NCBI GenBank assembly: GCA_963740315.1
Contig: CAVUDP010000004.1
Coordinates: 704,001 to 768,000 of the forward strand
Reading direction: 5' to 3'
Length of the DNA stretch: 64,000 bases
From: an uncultured cyanobacterium
GTDB taxonomy: Bacteria > Cyanobacteriota > Cyanobacteriia > Cyanobacteriales > Nostocaceae
In this document: positions 9,958-18,290 of the stretch, piece after piece
How positions within the stretch are numbered: position 1 is the stretch's first letter
How the letters are laid out: the number at the start of each line of letters is the position of its first letter
Translations under genes and position numbers: made by a program
The notes under the pieces: model-generated
Told to the model about the DNA's origin: nothing
What the model saw: only the letters and a program-made list of their open reading frames with translations
The model's database searches: none

Positions 9958-10413
9958 TTACTCATTGTCAATTAAATATTCAAATGCTGCGGGAATGTAT
10001 TCTTCTAATGTTAAATAATATCCCGATGCGGATAAACTTGCTTTAGCATTTGTCTTAGTTATTTTTCTCTGACAACAAACAATGGCTACATCAAATCGGC
10101 AGGCATAATCTGCGAATGTGGGAAATTTTGCCAGAAACATCGCAGCAGTGCGACAAATTTTAGCTTGCTTAGATGCGATCGCCATTCTTCCGCCTTCATC
10201 CCAATTACCTGGAGAGCGGGTTTTGACTTCCACGAATGCTAATATAACCGTGCCCGAATCATCTTCCCTTTGGGCAATAATATCAATTTCTCCCCAACGG
10301 CAGTGCCAGCGACGATGCAGAATTATCCAACCTGTAGATTGCAGCCACTGAGCTACTAAGTCTTCACCTAAAGTGCCGATATCGGGATAATGTGAGGAAG
10401 AATAGTTTGCCAT
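9958..10413 (-). CDS. YraN family (UPF0102) putative endonuclease
   Basis: GTLGEDLVAQWL, WGEIDIIA, FVEVKTR, CRFDVA. Confidence 0.92.
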   Translation of the reverse strand: MANYSSSHYPDIGTLGEDLVAQWLQSTGWIILHRRWHCRWGEIDIIAQREDDSGTVILAFVEVKTRSPGNWDEGGRMAIASKQAKICRTAAMFLAKFPTFADYACRFDVAIVCCQRKITKTNAKASLSASGYYLTLEEYIPAAFEYLIDNE

Positions 10414-10429
10414 GAGCAGTTAAACGATC

Positions 10430-10933
10430 GTGATTTTTACTAAAAGCAACTGGATTAAGGTTAGTATACTTAGTTTATTATTTTGGGGAATGTGTATCTT
10501 GCCATCAAGTCTAACTCCCCAAGCTTTTGCATTGGATTACAACAAAGAAATATTAATTGAAGCTGATTTTTCCGGGCAGGATTTAACAGATTCTAGTTTT
10601 ACCAAAGCAAATCTTCGCGATAGCAACTTTAGTAATACTAATTTGCAGGGCGTAAGATTTTTTGCCACTAATTTGGAGTCAGCAAATTTAAGGAATGCCA
10701 ACCTGAGATATGCGACTTTAGATTCCGCACGTTTAATAAAAGCAGATTTAACGAATGCAGTATTAGAAGGTGCATTTGCATCCAACGCCAGATTTGACGG
10801 CGCGATTATCGATGGTGCCGATTTTACCGATGTGTTGTTACGTAAAGACGAACAAGACAAGTTATGTAAATTAGCCAAAGGCACCAATTCCACCACAGGA
10901 AGAGATACCCGCGATACTTTGTATTGTAGTTAA
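10430..10933 (+). CDS. Pentapeptide repeat protein with signal peptide (lumenal type)
   Basis: Signal peptide ending AFA, pentapeptide repeats, C-terminal GADFTD...LC...GTN..TGRDTRDTLYC. Confidence 0.9.
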   Translation: MIFTKSNWIKVSILSLLFWGMCILPSSLTPQAFALDYNKEILIEADFSGQDLTDSSFTKANLRDSNFSNTNLQGVRFFATNLESANLRNANLRYATLDSARLIKADLTNAVLEGAFASNARFDGAIIDGADFTDVLLRKDEQDKLCKLAKGTNSTTGRDTRDTLYCS

Positions 10934-10936
10934 ATA

Positions 10937-11187
10937 AGTTCGTAGTTGCGCTTTAGCGCTTCATACCGATATTTTGGGGTAAACACCGCACCTTTAAATT
11001 TTGCGTATACATAACATAATGGTGCATTCGCCATAAGATATTAAATAGATTGGTAGTTTGTAGGGTGTGTTGTCGCAAAGCGCAACGCACCGTTTAATTT
11101 TGCGTAAATACAACATAATGGTGCGTTAGCCGCGAAAATATATTTTGTGATAATTAGAATTGCGATCGCACCGTAACACACCCGACA
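10937..11187. repeat. Cluster of GTAG-family REP-like elements
   Basis: GTTCGTAGTTGCGCTTTAGCGC near 10938; a partial copy at 10985-11035; a full element TGTAGGGTGTGTTG...AACACACCCGACA at 11059-11187. Confidence 0.75.
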
Positions 11188-11193
11188 AAATTA

Positions 11194-13155
11194 TTAAAAC
11201 TCTCCCACATTAAAACACCGCTGTTTATCTAATTCGCTTAATCGCTGTTTTTCATCCATAAAAGCTTGATAATAGGATTGCGATTGTTTGGCTTCGGTTT
11301 CTGAATTAGTTCTTTCCCAAAGTTCGCGAAAATGACGGTAGCGTTTTTCTCGCAATACTCTTTCCATGCTCAGAGTTGCTCTTAAAATAACTTGGGGAGT
11401 GCGAATAATTTGCTTTTGGGCTGTTTCGTTTAAATGGAATAAATGCGATATCATTTCCATTTGTTCGGGAAATTCTAAATATCTATCTTGTAAAGTAGAA
11501 ATTAATTCTGCGGATGAATTATTATCCGAAATATCTATAATCTGTTGCCATAAAAATCTGTGGTGAGATAAGCTAAACTGCAAATCTTTTTCTTCTAAAG
11601 TATCGCCAATCGATTTACGGTATTCTGGCGAATGTAAATAAATTAGTAATAACAAAGATTCTGCTTCTTCTAAAAGGCTATGTTCTGTTTTTACAATTGG
11701 ATTCAGAACAGTAGTAGAATTATTTTCTTGACGATAGCCGTTTGAAGATGGAGTATAACTTTTAGTATAAATTTTATTATAACTTCCTCCCCGTTCTCTA
11801 TTATTCTGAGGAGCAATTTGAGTTAATAAATTTTCCGCTCGTAACGAAATCAGTTGAGAATCTCCCAAACTTAATATTTCCGCACAGTAAGAAACATAAT
11901 AATTTCGCGTATCGGGATTAGCTATATTTTTTAATAACTTAACCATTTGCTGACAGACTTTTTGAAAATCTGTAGCTTGTTTCAAATCCGCATCTTTAGT
12001 AATTTGTTCTATTTGCCAATCCAACCATAAAGGCGCATTTGCTAATAATTGCTGATAATCTTCTGATGTATGATTAAATAAATATTCATCGGCATCTTTA
12101 CCATCGGGAATATTGAGAATTTTTAACTGAACTTCACCCTTATAAGCTAAATCTGCAACTTCACCAATTGCTCTTTCTGCGGCGATAGTTCCGGCTTTAT
12201 CCGCATCAAAATTGAGGATTAACTGTTTGGAATCGCTGTAACGCATAGCCAAACGAACTTGTTCAATACTTAAAGCCGTACCCAAAGAAGCCACAACATT
12301 TTTTATACCAACTGCATGGAGAGCGATCGCATCAAAATATCCTTCTACAACCACAGCTTGGTCAAATTGGGAAATACCTTCCTTCGCTTTATCTAATCCG
12401 AATAAAGTTTTACCTTTACTAAAAACTTCCGTTTCCGGTGAATTTAAATATTTAGGTTTATCTTCCCCTAAAGTTCTACCGCCGAAAGCAATTACTTTCC
12501 CAGTAATATCGTGAATGGGAATCATTAAACGGTTGCGAAAAGCATCATAATAACCCCTACCTTCCGAACGCGGTTTAATTAAACCAGCCTTTTCTAATAA
12601 CTGTACCGGATAGCGCTTATCTTCCACCAAATAACTATACAAAATGTCCCAACCAACGGGAGCATAACCTAACTGAAACTCCTTGATAGTTTCATCTGTT
12701 AATTTACGCTGTTGCTGGAGATATAATAGCGCAGCTTCCCCACTTGGTTGCCATAAAGCATGTTGATAAAAACGCGAAGCCACTTCAAGGATTTCGTATA
12801 CTTGTTTGCGTTCCGATATTTGACGCTGTAACTCTTGCCGCTGTTCGGGTTCAAAGGTTTGTACGGGTACTTGATATTGCCGTGCTAAATCTAATACAAC
12901 TTCAGCAAAAGAGCGTTTATCCAACTCCATGATGAACTTGAACACATTCCCCCCAGCTTGACAGCCAAAACAGTAATACATCTGCTTGCTAGGGCTGACG
13001 CTGAAGCTGGGAGTTTTTTCATTATGGAAAGGACACAACCCTAAAAAATCCTTACCGCGCTTGCGTAAAACAACTCGTTCGGAAACGACATCAACAATGT
13101 CAGCCCGTTGTTTAACTTCATCAATCGTATCTTGGTGCAAGCGAGGGATTTGCAT
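11194..13155 (-). CDS. dnaG: DNA primase
   Basis: CHC2 zinc finger CPFHNEKTPSF...CFGC, FGGR, KYLNSPET, TOPRIM VVEGYFD and FDADKAG. Confidence 0.98.
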   Translation of the reverse strand: MQIPRLHQDTIDEVKQRADIVDVVSERVVLRKRGKDFLGLCPFHNEKTPSFSVSPSKQMYYCFGCQAGGNVFKFIMELDKRSFAEVVLDLARQYQVPVQTFEPEQRQELQRQISERKQVYEILEVASRFYQHALWQPSGEAALLYLQQQRKLTDETIKEFQLGYAPVGWDILYSYLVEDKRYPVQLLEKAGLIKPRSEGRGYYDAFRNRLMIPIHDITGKVIAFGGRTLGEDKPKYLNSPETEVFSKGKTLFGLDKAKEGISQFDQAVVVEGYFDAIALHAVGIKNVVASLGTALSIEQVRLAMRYSDSKQLILNFDADKAGTIAAERAIGEVADLAYKGEVQLKILNIPDGKDADEYLFNHTSEDYQQLLANAPLWLDWQIEQITKDADLKQATDFQKVCQQMVKLLKNIANPDTRNYYVSYCAEILSLGDSQLISLRAENLLTQIAPQNNRERGGSYNKIYTKSYTPSSNGYRQENNSTTVLNPIVKTEHSLLEEAESLLLLIYLHSPEYRKSIGDTLEEKDLQFSLSHHRFLWQQIIDISDNNSSAELISTLQDRYLEFPEQMEMISHLFHLNETAQKQIIRTPQVILRATLSMERVLREKRYRHFRELWERTNSETEAKQSQSYYQAFMDEKQRLSELDKQRCFNVGEF

Positions 13156-13165
13156 AATCAGTTAA

Positions 13166-13342
13166 CAGTGAGCAGTGAGCAGTGAGCAGTTGGGACCACC
13201 GGAGTTGGAGTTAAGAATTAAGAGTTAGGAGTGAAGAGTTGGGACCACCGGAGTTAGGAATTAAGAGTTAAGAATTTTCTACCCCCTCTTGCCCCTCTAC
13301 CCCCTCTTCCCCCTCTCTCCTTATCCCCATGCCCAATACCCT
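13166..13342. repeat. Mixed heptamer and C-rich short tandem repeats upstream of dnaG
   Basis: CAGTGAG x3, TTAAGAG-type units, two GGGACCACCGGAGTT copies and CCCCTCT units. Confidence 0.7.
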
Positions 13343-13447
13343 ATATCAAACAATTCCGATTTCATAAATATTATATGCTTGTCCCCAGTACCGAAAATGT
13401 TGTAAACAATCTTTTACGATAACTTTTATTCAGAGGAAATACTGACG

Positions 13448-14827
13448 ATGGGACGTATTTTTATTTCGGCAGGGCACGGAGGTAAGGAAGCAGGCGGTAT
13501 CGATCCGGGTTCTATTGCTGGGGGCACGACTGAAGCTAAGGAAATGATTTTTCTGCGGGATTTAATTTTAACGGAATTAAGGGCGCGTGGGTTTGAAGTT
13601 CTTTCGGTTCCCGATTCTTTGAGTGCTAGAGCGAGTGTTCAATGGATAAATTCTCGCGCTCGTCGTAATGATGTGGCGGTGGAGATTCAGGCAGATGCTG
13701 CTGCTAGCCCTTTTGTAAACGGCGCTAGCGTCTACTATATTGCGAATAACGAAGAACGTAAAAGCAATGCCGAAATGCTGTTAATGGGGCTTTTACGCAG
13801 AGTTCCGCAATTAAATAGTCGGGGGGTGAAGCCGGATACATCAACTGGTATGGGGCGGTTGATGTTTACTCGTGAGGTGGCGATCGCATCGTTATTAATG
13901 CAGGTGATTTTCTTGAGCAGCCCGGAAGATCGTGCTTTGTTACAAAACCGTCGTCGAGAATTTGCGGTGGGTATAGCCGATGGCATCGCAGCTTGGGCGC
14001 GGGCGATCGATCCAGGTTCTCCTAGCCCCAGCCCCAGCCCTACACCTACTCCCGCACCTCAACCAACTTATCCTTCAGTAAATATTAAAATTAACGGGCA
14101 AACTTATCAAGAACAAGGAATAGTAGTTAACGGTAATGCCTATATTCCTATCGATTTAGTAGATAGATTAAGGATTGATTTATCAAAAGCTCCTAACGTG
14201 CGTCGTCTGAGCTACCGCAGAGTAGTTTACGTTAAAGCGATCGAACTGCGAGAATTTAATGTATCAATTGGTTGGGATGCTGCCACTCGCACCGTAGTTT
14301 TACGCTCAAACTTGGTCATTTGTCCCGGTCAAATTACTCAAATAATGTCACGTGGTGCAACTTCAGAAGTACAGTTACAAATATTTTTAAGAGATAACAA
14401 TCAAGACGCTTTAGTTAAATTTCCAGATATACCAAAACTATATCGAGAAGAAGCCGCAATTGAAGGAGTAAATCACGATATTGCTTTTTGTCAAATGTGT
14501 TTAGAAACGGGATTTTTACGCTTTGGAGATGATATTAAACCCCAACAAAATAACTTTGCAGGATTAGCAACTATTGGTGGTGGAAACGAAGTGGCAAGTT
14601 TCCCTAGCGCTAGGATTGGAGTTCGCGCTCATATTCAGCATTTAAAAGCTTACGCCAGTTTGGAACCTTTAGCGCAGGAAACTGTAGATCCGAGATTTCG
14701 GTTTGTGACGCGGGGTATAGCGCCTTTGGTGACGGATTTATCGGGGAGATGGGAGGCAGATCCGCAGTATGGTGAGAAGATTGTCGCTTTGGTGAAGCGG
14801 TTGTATGAATCGGCAGGGTTGTTGTGA
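13448..14827 (+). CDS. tftA: Amidase_3 + glucosaminidase-like cell wall protein, TftA-like (hormogonium tapered-terminus morphoprotein)
   Basis: N-terminal RIFISAGHGG...DPG amidase fold, Pro-rich linker, C-terminal IAFCQMCLETGFL...NNFAGL...HIQHLKAYA. The TftA name is from recall of the Nostoc protein. Confidence 0.7.
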   Translation: MGRIFISAGHGGKEAGGIDPGSIAGGTTEAKEMIFLRDLILTELRARGFEVLSVPDSLSARASVQWINSRARRNDVAVEIQADAAASPFVNGASVYYIANNEERKSNAEMLLMGLLRRVPQLNSRGVKPDTSTGMGRLMFTREVAIASLLMQVIFLSSPEDRALLQNRRREFAVGIADGIAAWARAIDPGSPSPSPSPTPTPAPQPTYPSVNIKINGQTYQEQGIVVNGNAYIPIDLVDRLRIDLSKAPNVRRLSYRRVVYVKAIELREFNVSIGWDAATRTVVLRSNLVICPGQITQIMSRGATSEVQLQIFLRDNNQDALVKFPDIPKLYREEAAIEGVNHDIAFCQMCLETGFLRFGDDIKPQQNNFAGLATIGGGNEVASFPSARIGVRAHIQHLKAYASLEPLAQETVDPRFRFVTRGIAPLVTDLSGRWEADPQYGEKIVALVKRLYESAGLL

Positions 14828-14853
14828 GATAGTTATAATAATCCGTTTTCTTC

Positions 14854-14887
14854 TCTTCAAAGTGCCGTGAAGCCAACCTACTAGCTA
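14854..14887. repeat. Right end of a GTAGGTTGGG-family element; direct repeat of 15776-15809
   Basis: TCTTCAAAGTGCCGTGAAGCCAACCTACTAGCTA versus ...GCCAAACTACTAGCTA, one mismatch. Confidence 0.9.
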
Positions 14888-14940
14888 TAAAATGAAGTTG
14901 AATAGAACGATAAATGACTTATTATCCAAACGTTGTCATT

Positions 14941-15183
14941 ATGAGTCCAGAACAAGATTTATTAGCAAAGTGGCGTTCTTTACCCAAAGAAAAACAAGAG
15001 GAAGTTTTAGATTTTGTGGAATTTCTTTACGATAAAAATTCTGTCAATAAAGCTTCTTTGGGAGAACGTTTACGAAAAATTCGTACAAAGATAGTTGCTT
15101 CTGGTAAACCTTTATTAGATGAAGAAGGAATAGCAAAAGAACTTGCTAGTCGTAGAGGTGGTTTACAGGGTAGAGAGGAATGA
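14941..15183 (+). CDS. DUF2281-like putative antitoxin
   Basis: WRSLPKEKQEEVLDFVEFL motif; overlaps the downstream PIN gene by ATGA. Confidence 0.8.
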   Translation: MSPEQDLLAKWRSLPKEKQEEVLDFVEFLYDKNSVNKASLGERLRKIRTKIVASGKPLLDEEGIAKELASRRGGLQGREE

Positions 15184-15584
15184 TTTTAACTTATATTGAT
15201 TCAGGGGTATTACTAAGTGCAACAGATGGTGTGGGTAGAATTGCAGAGAAAGCTTTGGGAGTTCTGGGAGATTCAAACCGTCAATTTGCGTCGAGTGAAT
15301 TTGTTAAGTTAGAAATAATTCCTAAAGCAATTTATCATAAGCAAACTGAAGAAGTTCAATTCTATGAAGAATTCTTTAGTGCTGTAAGCTACTGGGCTAA
15401 TGACTTAGAAAAAGTGATACAAGATGCTTATGATATTGGTTGTCAATATGGTTTAGCTGCTATGGATGCACTGCACATTGCTGCTGCATTATCACTCGAT
15501 GTAGAGGAATTTATTACGACAGAGAAGCCAACTAAGCCGATGTTTAGGGTGTCATGTATTCACATAATTTCTATTTTTAACTAA
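15180..15584 (+). CDS. PIN-domain (VapC-like) toxin
   Basis: YIDSGVL, VKLE, DALHIAAA and FITTEK acidic PIN motifs; coupled to the upstream antitoxin. Confidence 0.88.
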   Translation: MILTYIDSGVLLSATDGVGRIAEKALGVLGDSNRQFASSEFVKLEIIPKAIYHKQTEEVQFYEEFFSAVSYWANDLEKVIQDAYDIGCQYGLAAMDALHIAAALSLDVEEFITTEKPTKPMFRVSCIHIISIFN

Positions 15585-15590
15585 TCTTTT

Positions 15591-15809
15591 AGTCAGTAGG
15601 TTGGGTTAGACACGAAAACAAATTGTGTAGGTAAAAAAAATTAATATTAATCGTGTCGTAACCCAACATTACATCTGTGGATAAACGATATTTGATTATA
15701 TTTAGGATATTGCGATATACCGACAATAAATGTTGGGTTACGGCACAATAAGCGCTTTAATCGTTTCAATTATTATCTTCAAAGTGCCGTGAAGCCAAAC
15801 TACTAGCTA
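15591..15809. repeat. Four-arm REPIN/MITE-like element (GTAGGTTGGGTTA family)
   Basis: Arms GTTGGGTTAGACACGA / TCGTGTCGTAACCCAAC and GTTGGGTTACGGCAC / GTGCCGTGAAGCCAAAC, with GTAG and CTAC ends. Confidence 0.85.
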
Positions 15810-15817
15810 AAAAAGAT

Positions 15818-15844
15818 GTAGAGACGTAAAATTTTACGTCTCTC
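15818..15844. repeat. GTAGAGACG-family REP palindrome
   Basis: GTAGAGACGTAAAATTTTACGTCTCT. Confidence 0.85.
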
Positions 15845-15887
15845 AAGGATGAAAGATTACGTATACGGTAGGGAAAAAGGAGAATTT

Positions 15888-16268
15888 TTATCTGCCGCAA
15901 GCTTGTACCAACAAAATATCTGGATCAATTCTAGCCTTACCAAATTGCGGATTCTTGGTAACAAAACCAACTACCTGATTATTAACAATTACTATTGGTG
16001 GGTTTTTTGCTCGTGGGTTATATGCACCAGTATCGGAATATTCACCACCATGAGTCCCATACTTATTAAATATTGTTTGTGCATATGGACTGCCATACTT
16101 TCCATATTGGTTGCAAATTGATTTCGCATCGTATTCATTATTAAATACAAGTCCTAAAAACTCACCGCTCTGGGATACAACGATAGGCATGACAGGCTTT
16201 CTGGCAGATGCGGTAGCAGGAGAAAAAGCACATAATAGGCTAAATACTGCAAAGATAAACTTTTTCAT
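15888..16268 (-). CDS. Secreted hypothetical protein with repeated N-x-Y-G motifs
   Basis: Signal peptide MKKFIFAVFSLLCAFSPATASA; SICNQYGKYGSPYAQTIFNKYGTHGGEYS. Confidence 0.75.
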   Translation of the reverse strand: MKKFIFAVFSLLCAFSPATASARKPVMPIVVSQSGEFLGLVFNNEYDAKSICNQYGKYGSPYAQTIFNKYGTHGGEYSDTGAYNPRAKNPPIVIVNNQVVGFVTKNPQFGKARIDPDILLVQACGR

Positions 16269-16359
16269 TATTAATTTATAAATCTTTATTCCAATATGCA
16301 GTTAACCTACTTTTGTTTAACTCCGGGTATTTACCAATTTTTGTTGATTTTTTTCGTAA

Positions 16360-16458
16360 AGTCAGTAGGTTGGGTTAGACACGACAACAAATTGTGTGGG
16401 TAAAAAAATCATATTAATCGTTTCAATTATTATCTTGTTTGTGCCTAACCCAACCTAC
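16360..16458. repeat. Internally deleted copy of the 15591-15809 element
   Basis: Same AGTCAGTAGGTTGGGTTAGACACGA start, joined at TAATCGT to the distal part, and ending CTAACCCAACCTAC. Confidence 0.88.
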
Positions 16459-18134
16459 AAACTAACTGTCGATACAACTTGAGTTAACGCACCAGGTTCA
16501 AAGGGAGAAATAAGCTTTACTGATTGAAGCAGTTCCTGAAATGGCATTGTTCCACCAAGCTTACACAAATTAATGTAATCGAATAACGTACTTTGATAAT
16601 CTTGTTCTGCTTTAACCCAAAACTGTAAAGCACAACAGGCAGCTAAGGCATAGTCGATAAAGTAGAACGGCATACAGTAAATGTGTTGTTGTTCCTGCCA
16701 AAGTCTACCTTGATTCAACTGATTTAAATCTCCATAACGTCGCCAGGGAATATACTCAGCTTCCAATTCTTGCCATATTTTATGCCTTTGTTGCGGAGAT
16801 ATTTCTGGCTGAGCATAAATTAAGTGTTGAAAATGGTCAACCATTGCACCATATGGAAGTGATAACACCGTCCAAATCAAATGAGAAAGTCGAAAGCGAT
16901 TGGCTTGCTCGCCAAAAAAACGTTCCATTTGCGAGTAGGTTAGAAATTCTAAACTCATCGAATGAATTTCTGCGGCATCTGAAGTAGACCATAAATAGTC
17001 AATAATCGGCAAGTGACGGCTTTGCCAAGCTTGAAAAGCGTGTCCCATTTCATGAGTAAACACTTGTACATCATCCTTAGTGCCGTTAAAGTTAGCAAAA
17101 ATATAAGGAACGCCATAGCTAGGGAAACTCGTACAAAATCCCCCTGCTCCCTTACCTGGGCGGGTTTGCAAATCAAGCAAGTCACACTCTACCATCATTC
17201 GGAAAAAGTCACCCAGCGGCTGATTCATGGTATCGAACATCTCTTGGGCACGCGCTAACATCCAATCATGGTTGCCCAAAGGAACTGGACTACCTCTCTT
17301 ATCAAAAACTGCCTCATCCCAGAAATAGATTTTATCTAGGTTCAATCGCTTGGCTTGTTGCTCAATTAAAACCTTTGCTAAGGGAACAACTTCTCGAACA
17401 ATCTGCTTTCGGAAGCGTTCGATGTCAGATTGATTGTAGCCAATCCGCCGCAATTGACGATAAGCCAAAGATATGTAGTTCTCATAGCCTAATTTTTGTG
17501 CCATCCGATGACGAAGTTTTACTAAATCATCAAACAAGCAATCAAGTTGTTCTTGATGTTGTTCAAAGAAGCTTGCGCGAACTTGCTCTGCTTGATGTCG
17601 AATATCGCGATCGCCATCCTGCGTGTAGCGTAAAATGCTTGATAGATTGACCGTTTCTCCCCGAAAATTGAGTTCAGCAGAAGCTAATAATTCTGTATAC
17701 TCTGCGGTTAACCTTGACTCTTTGACTAAATCTGCTGCAATTGCTGGCTCGAAAGTCGTTATATCCGACTCCCATAACGAGAATATATGTTGTCCTAAAC
17801 TTTGTTCTAACTCCAATCGATGGGGACTTTCAATTAAATAGCGTTTGAAGTTGATTTCTAACTCTGTTAATGCTGGTGTTAGCTGATTGTAATACTCTAA
17901 AGCGTTTTTAAAAGCTTCATTTTGCGTATTTTGGTAAAACTTTAGTTGTGTCAACTCACCCCAAGTGCTAATTTGTCGGCGCAAATTATCCCACTGCTGA
18001 ATGACGGTTTGCCGTTGGTTTAGACTTTGAGCGCGATTAAACTGCTTCTTAATTTCTTGATACTCCGCTGCAATATTTTCCAAGATAGGAGTTTCAGTCG
18101 TAATCTGGGAAAAATTAACTTTAAAATTAGCCAT
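16455..18134 (-). CDS. M3 family oligoendopeptidase
   Basis: HEMGH zinc motif, GKGAGGFCT, AEIHSMSLE, HIYCMPFYFIDY. Confidence 0.93.
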   Translation of the reverse strand: MANFKVNFSQITTETPILENIAAEYQEIKKQFNRAQSLNQRQTVIQQWDNLRRQISTWGELTQLKFYQNTQNEAFKNALEYYNQLTPALTELEINFKRYLIESPHRLELEQSLGQHIFSLWESDITTFEPAIAADLVKESRLTAEYTELLASAELNFRGETVNLSSILRYTQDGDRDIRHQAEQVRASFFEQHQEQLDCLFDDLVKLRHRMAQKLGYENYISLAYRQLRRIGYNQSDIERFRKQIVREVVPLAKVLIEQQAKRLNLDKIYFWDEAVFDKRGSPVPLGNHDWMLARAQEMFDTMNQPLGDFFRMMVECDLLDLQTRPGKGAGGFCTSFPSYGVPYIFANFNGTKDDVQVFTHEMGHAFQAWQSRHLPIIDYLWSTSDAAEIHSMSLEFLTYSQMERFFGEQANRFRLSHLIWTVLSLPYGAMVDHFQHLIYAQPEISPQQRHKIWQELEAEYIPWRRYGDLNQLNQGRLWQEQQHIYCMPFYFIDYALAACCALQFWVKAEQDYQSTLFDYINLCKLGGTMPFQELLQSVKLISPFEPGALTQVVSTVSL

Positions 18135-18211
18135 CTCTCTTTAGTTCTTTCCTCAGCGCTCTTAGCGTCTAGTAAGGTTTTTTTAAAATTTTGGTAAGAA
18201 GAAATAAAATC

Positions 18212-18281
18212 ACGATGCGTCAGGAAAAATATCCATAACGCACCCGACAACTGTAGAGACGCGATATATCGCGTCTCTACA
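18212..18281. repeat. REP half element plus a perfect 30-bp GTAGAGACG palindrome
   Basis: ...ATAACGCACCCGACA, then TGTAGAGACGCGATATATCGCGTCTCTACA at 18252-18281. Confidence 0.9.
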
Positions 18282-18290
18282 AATTACGAA

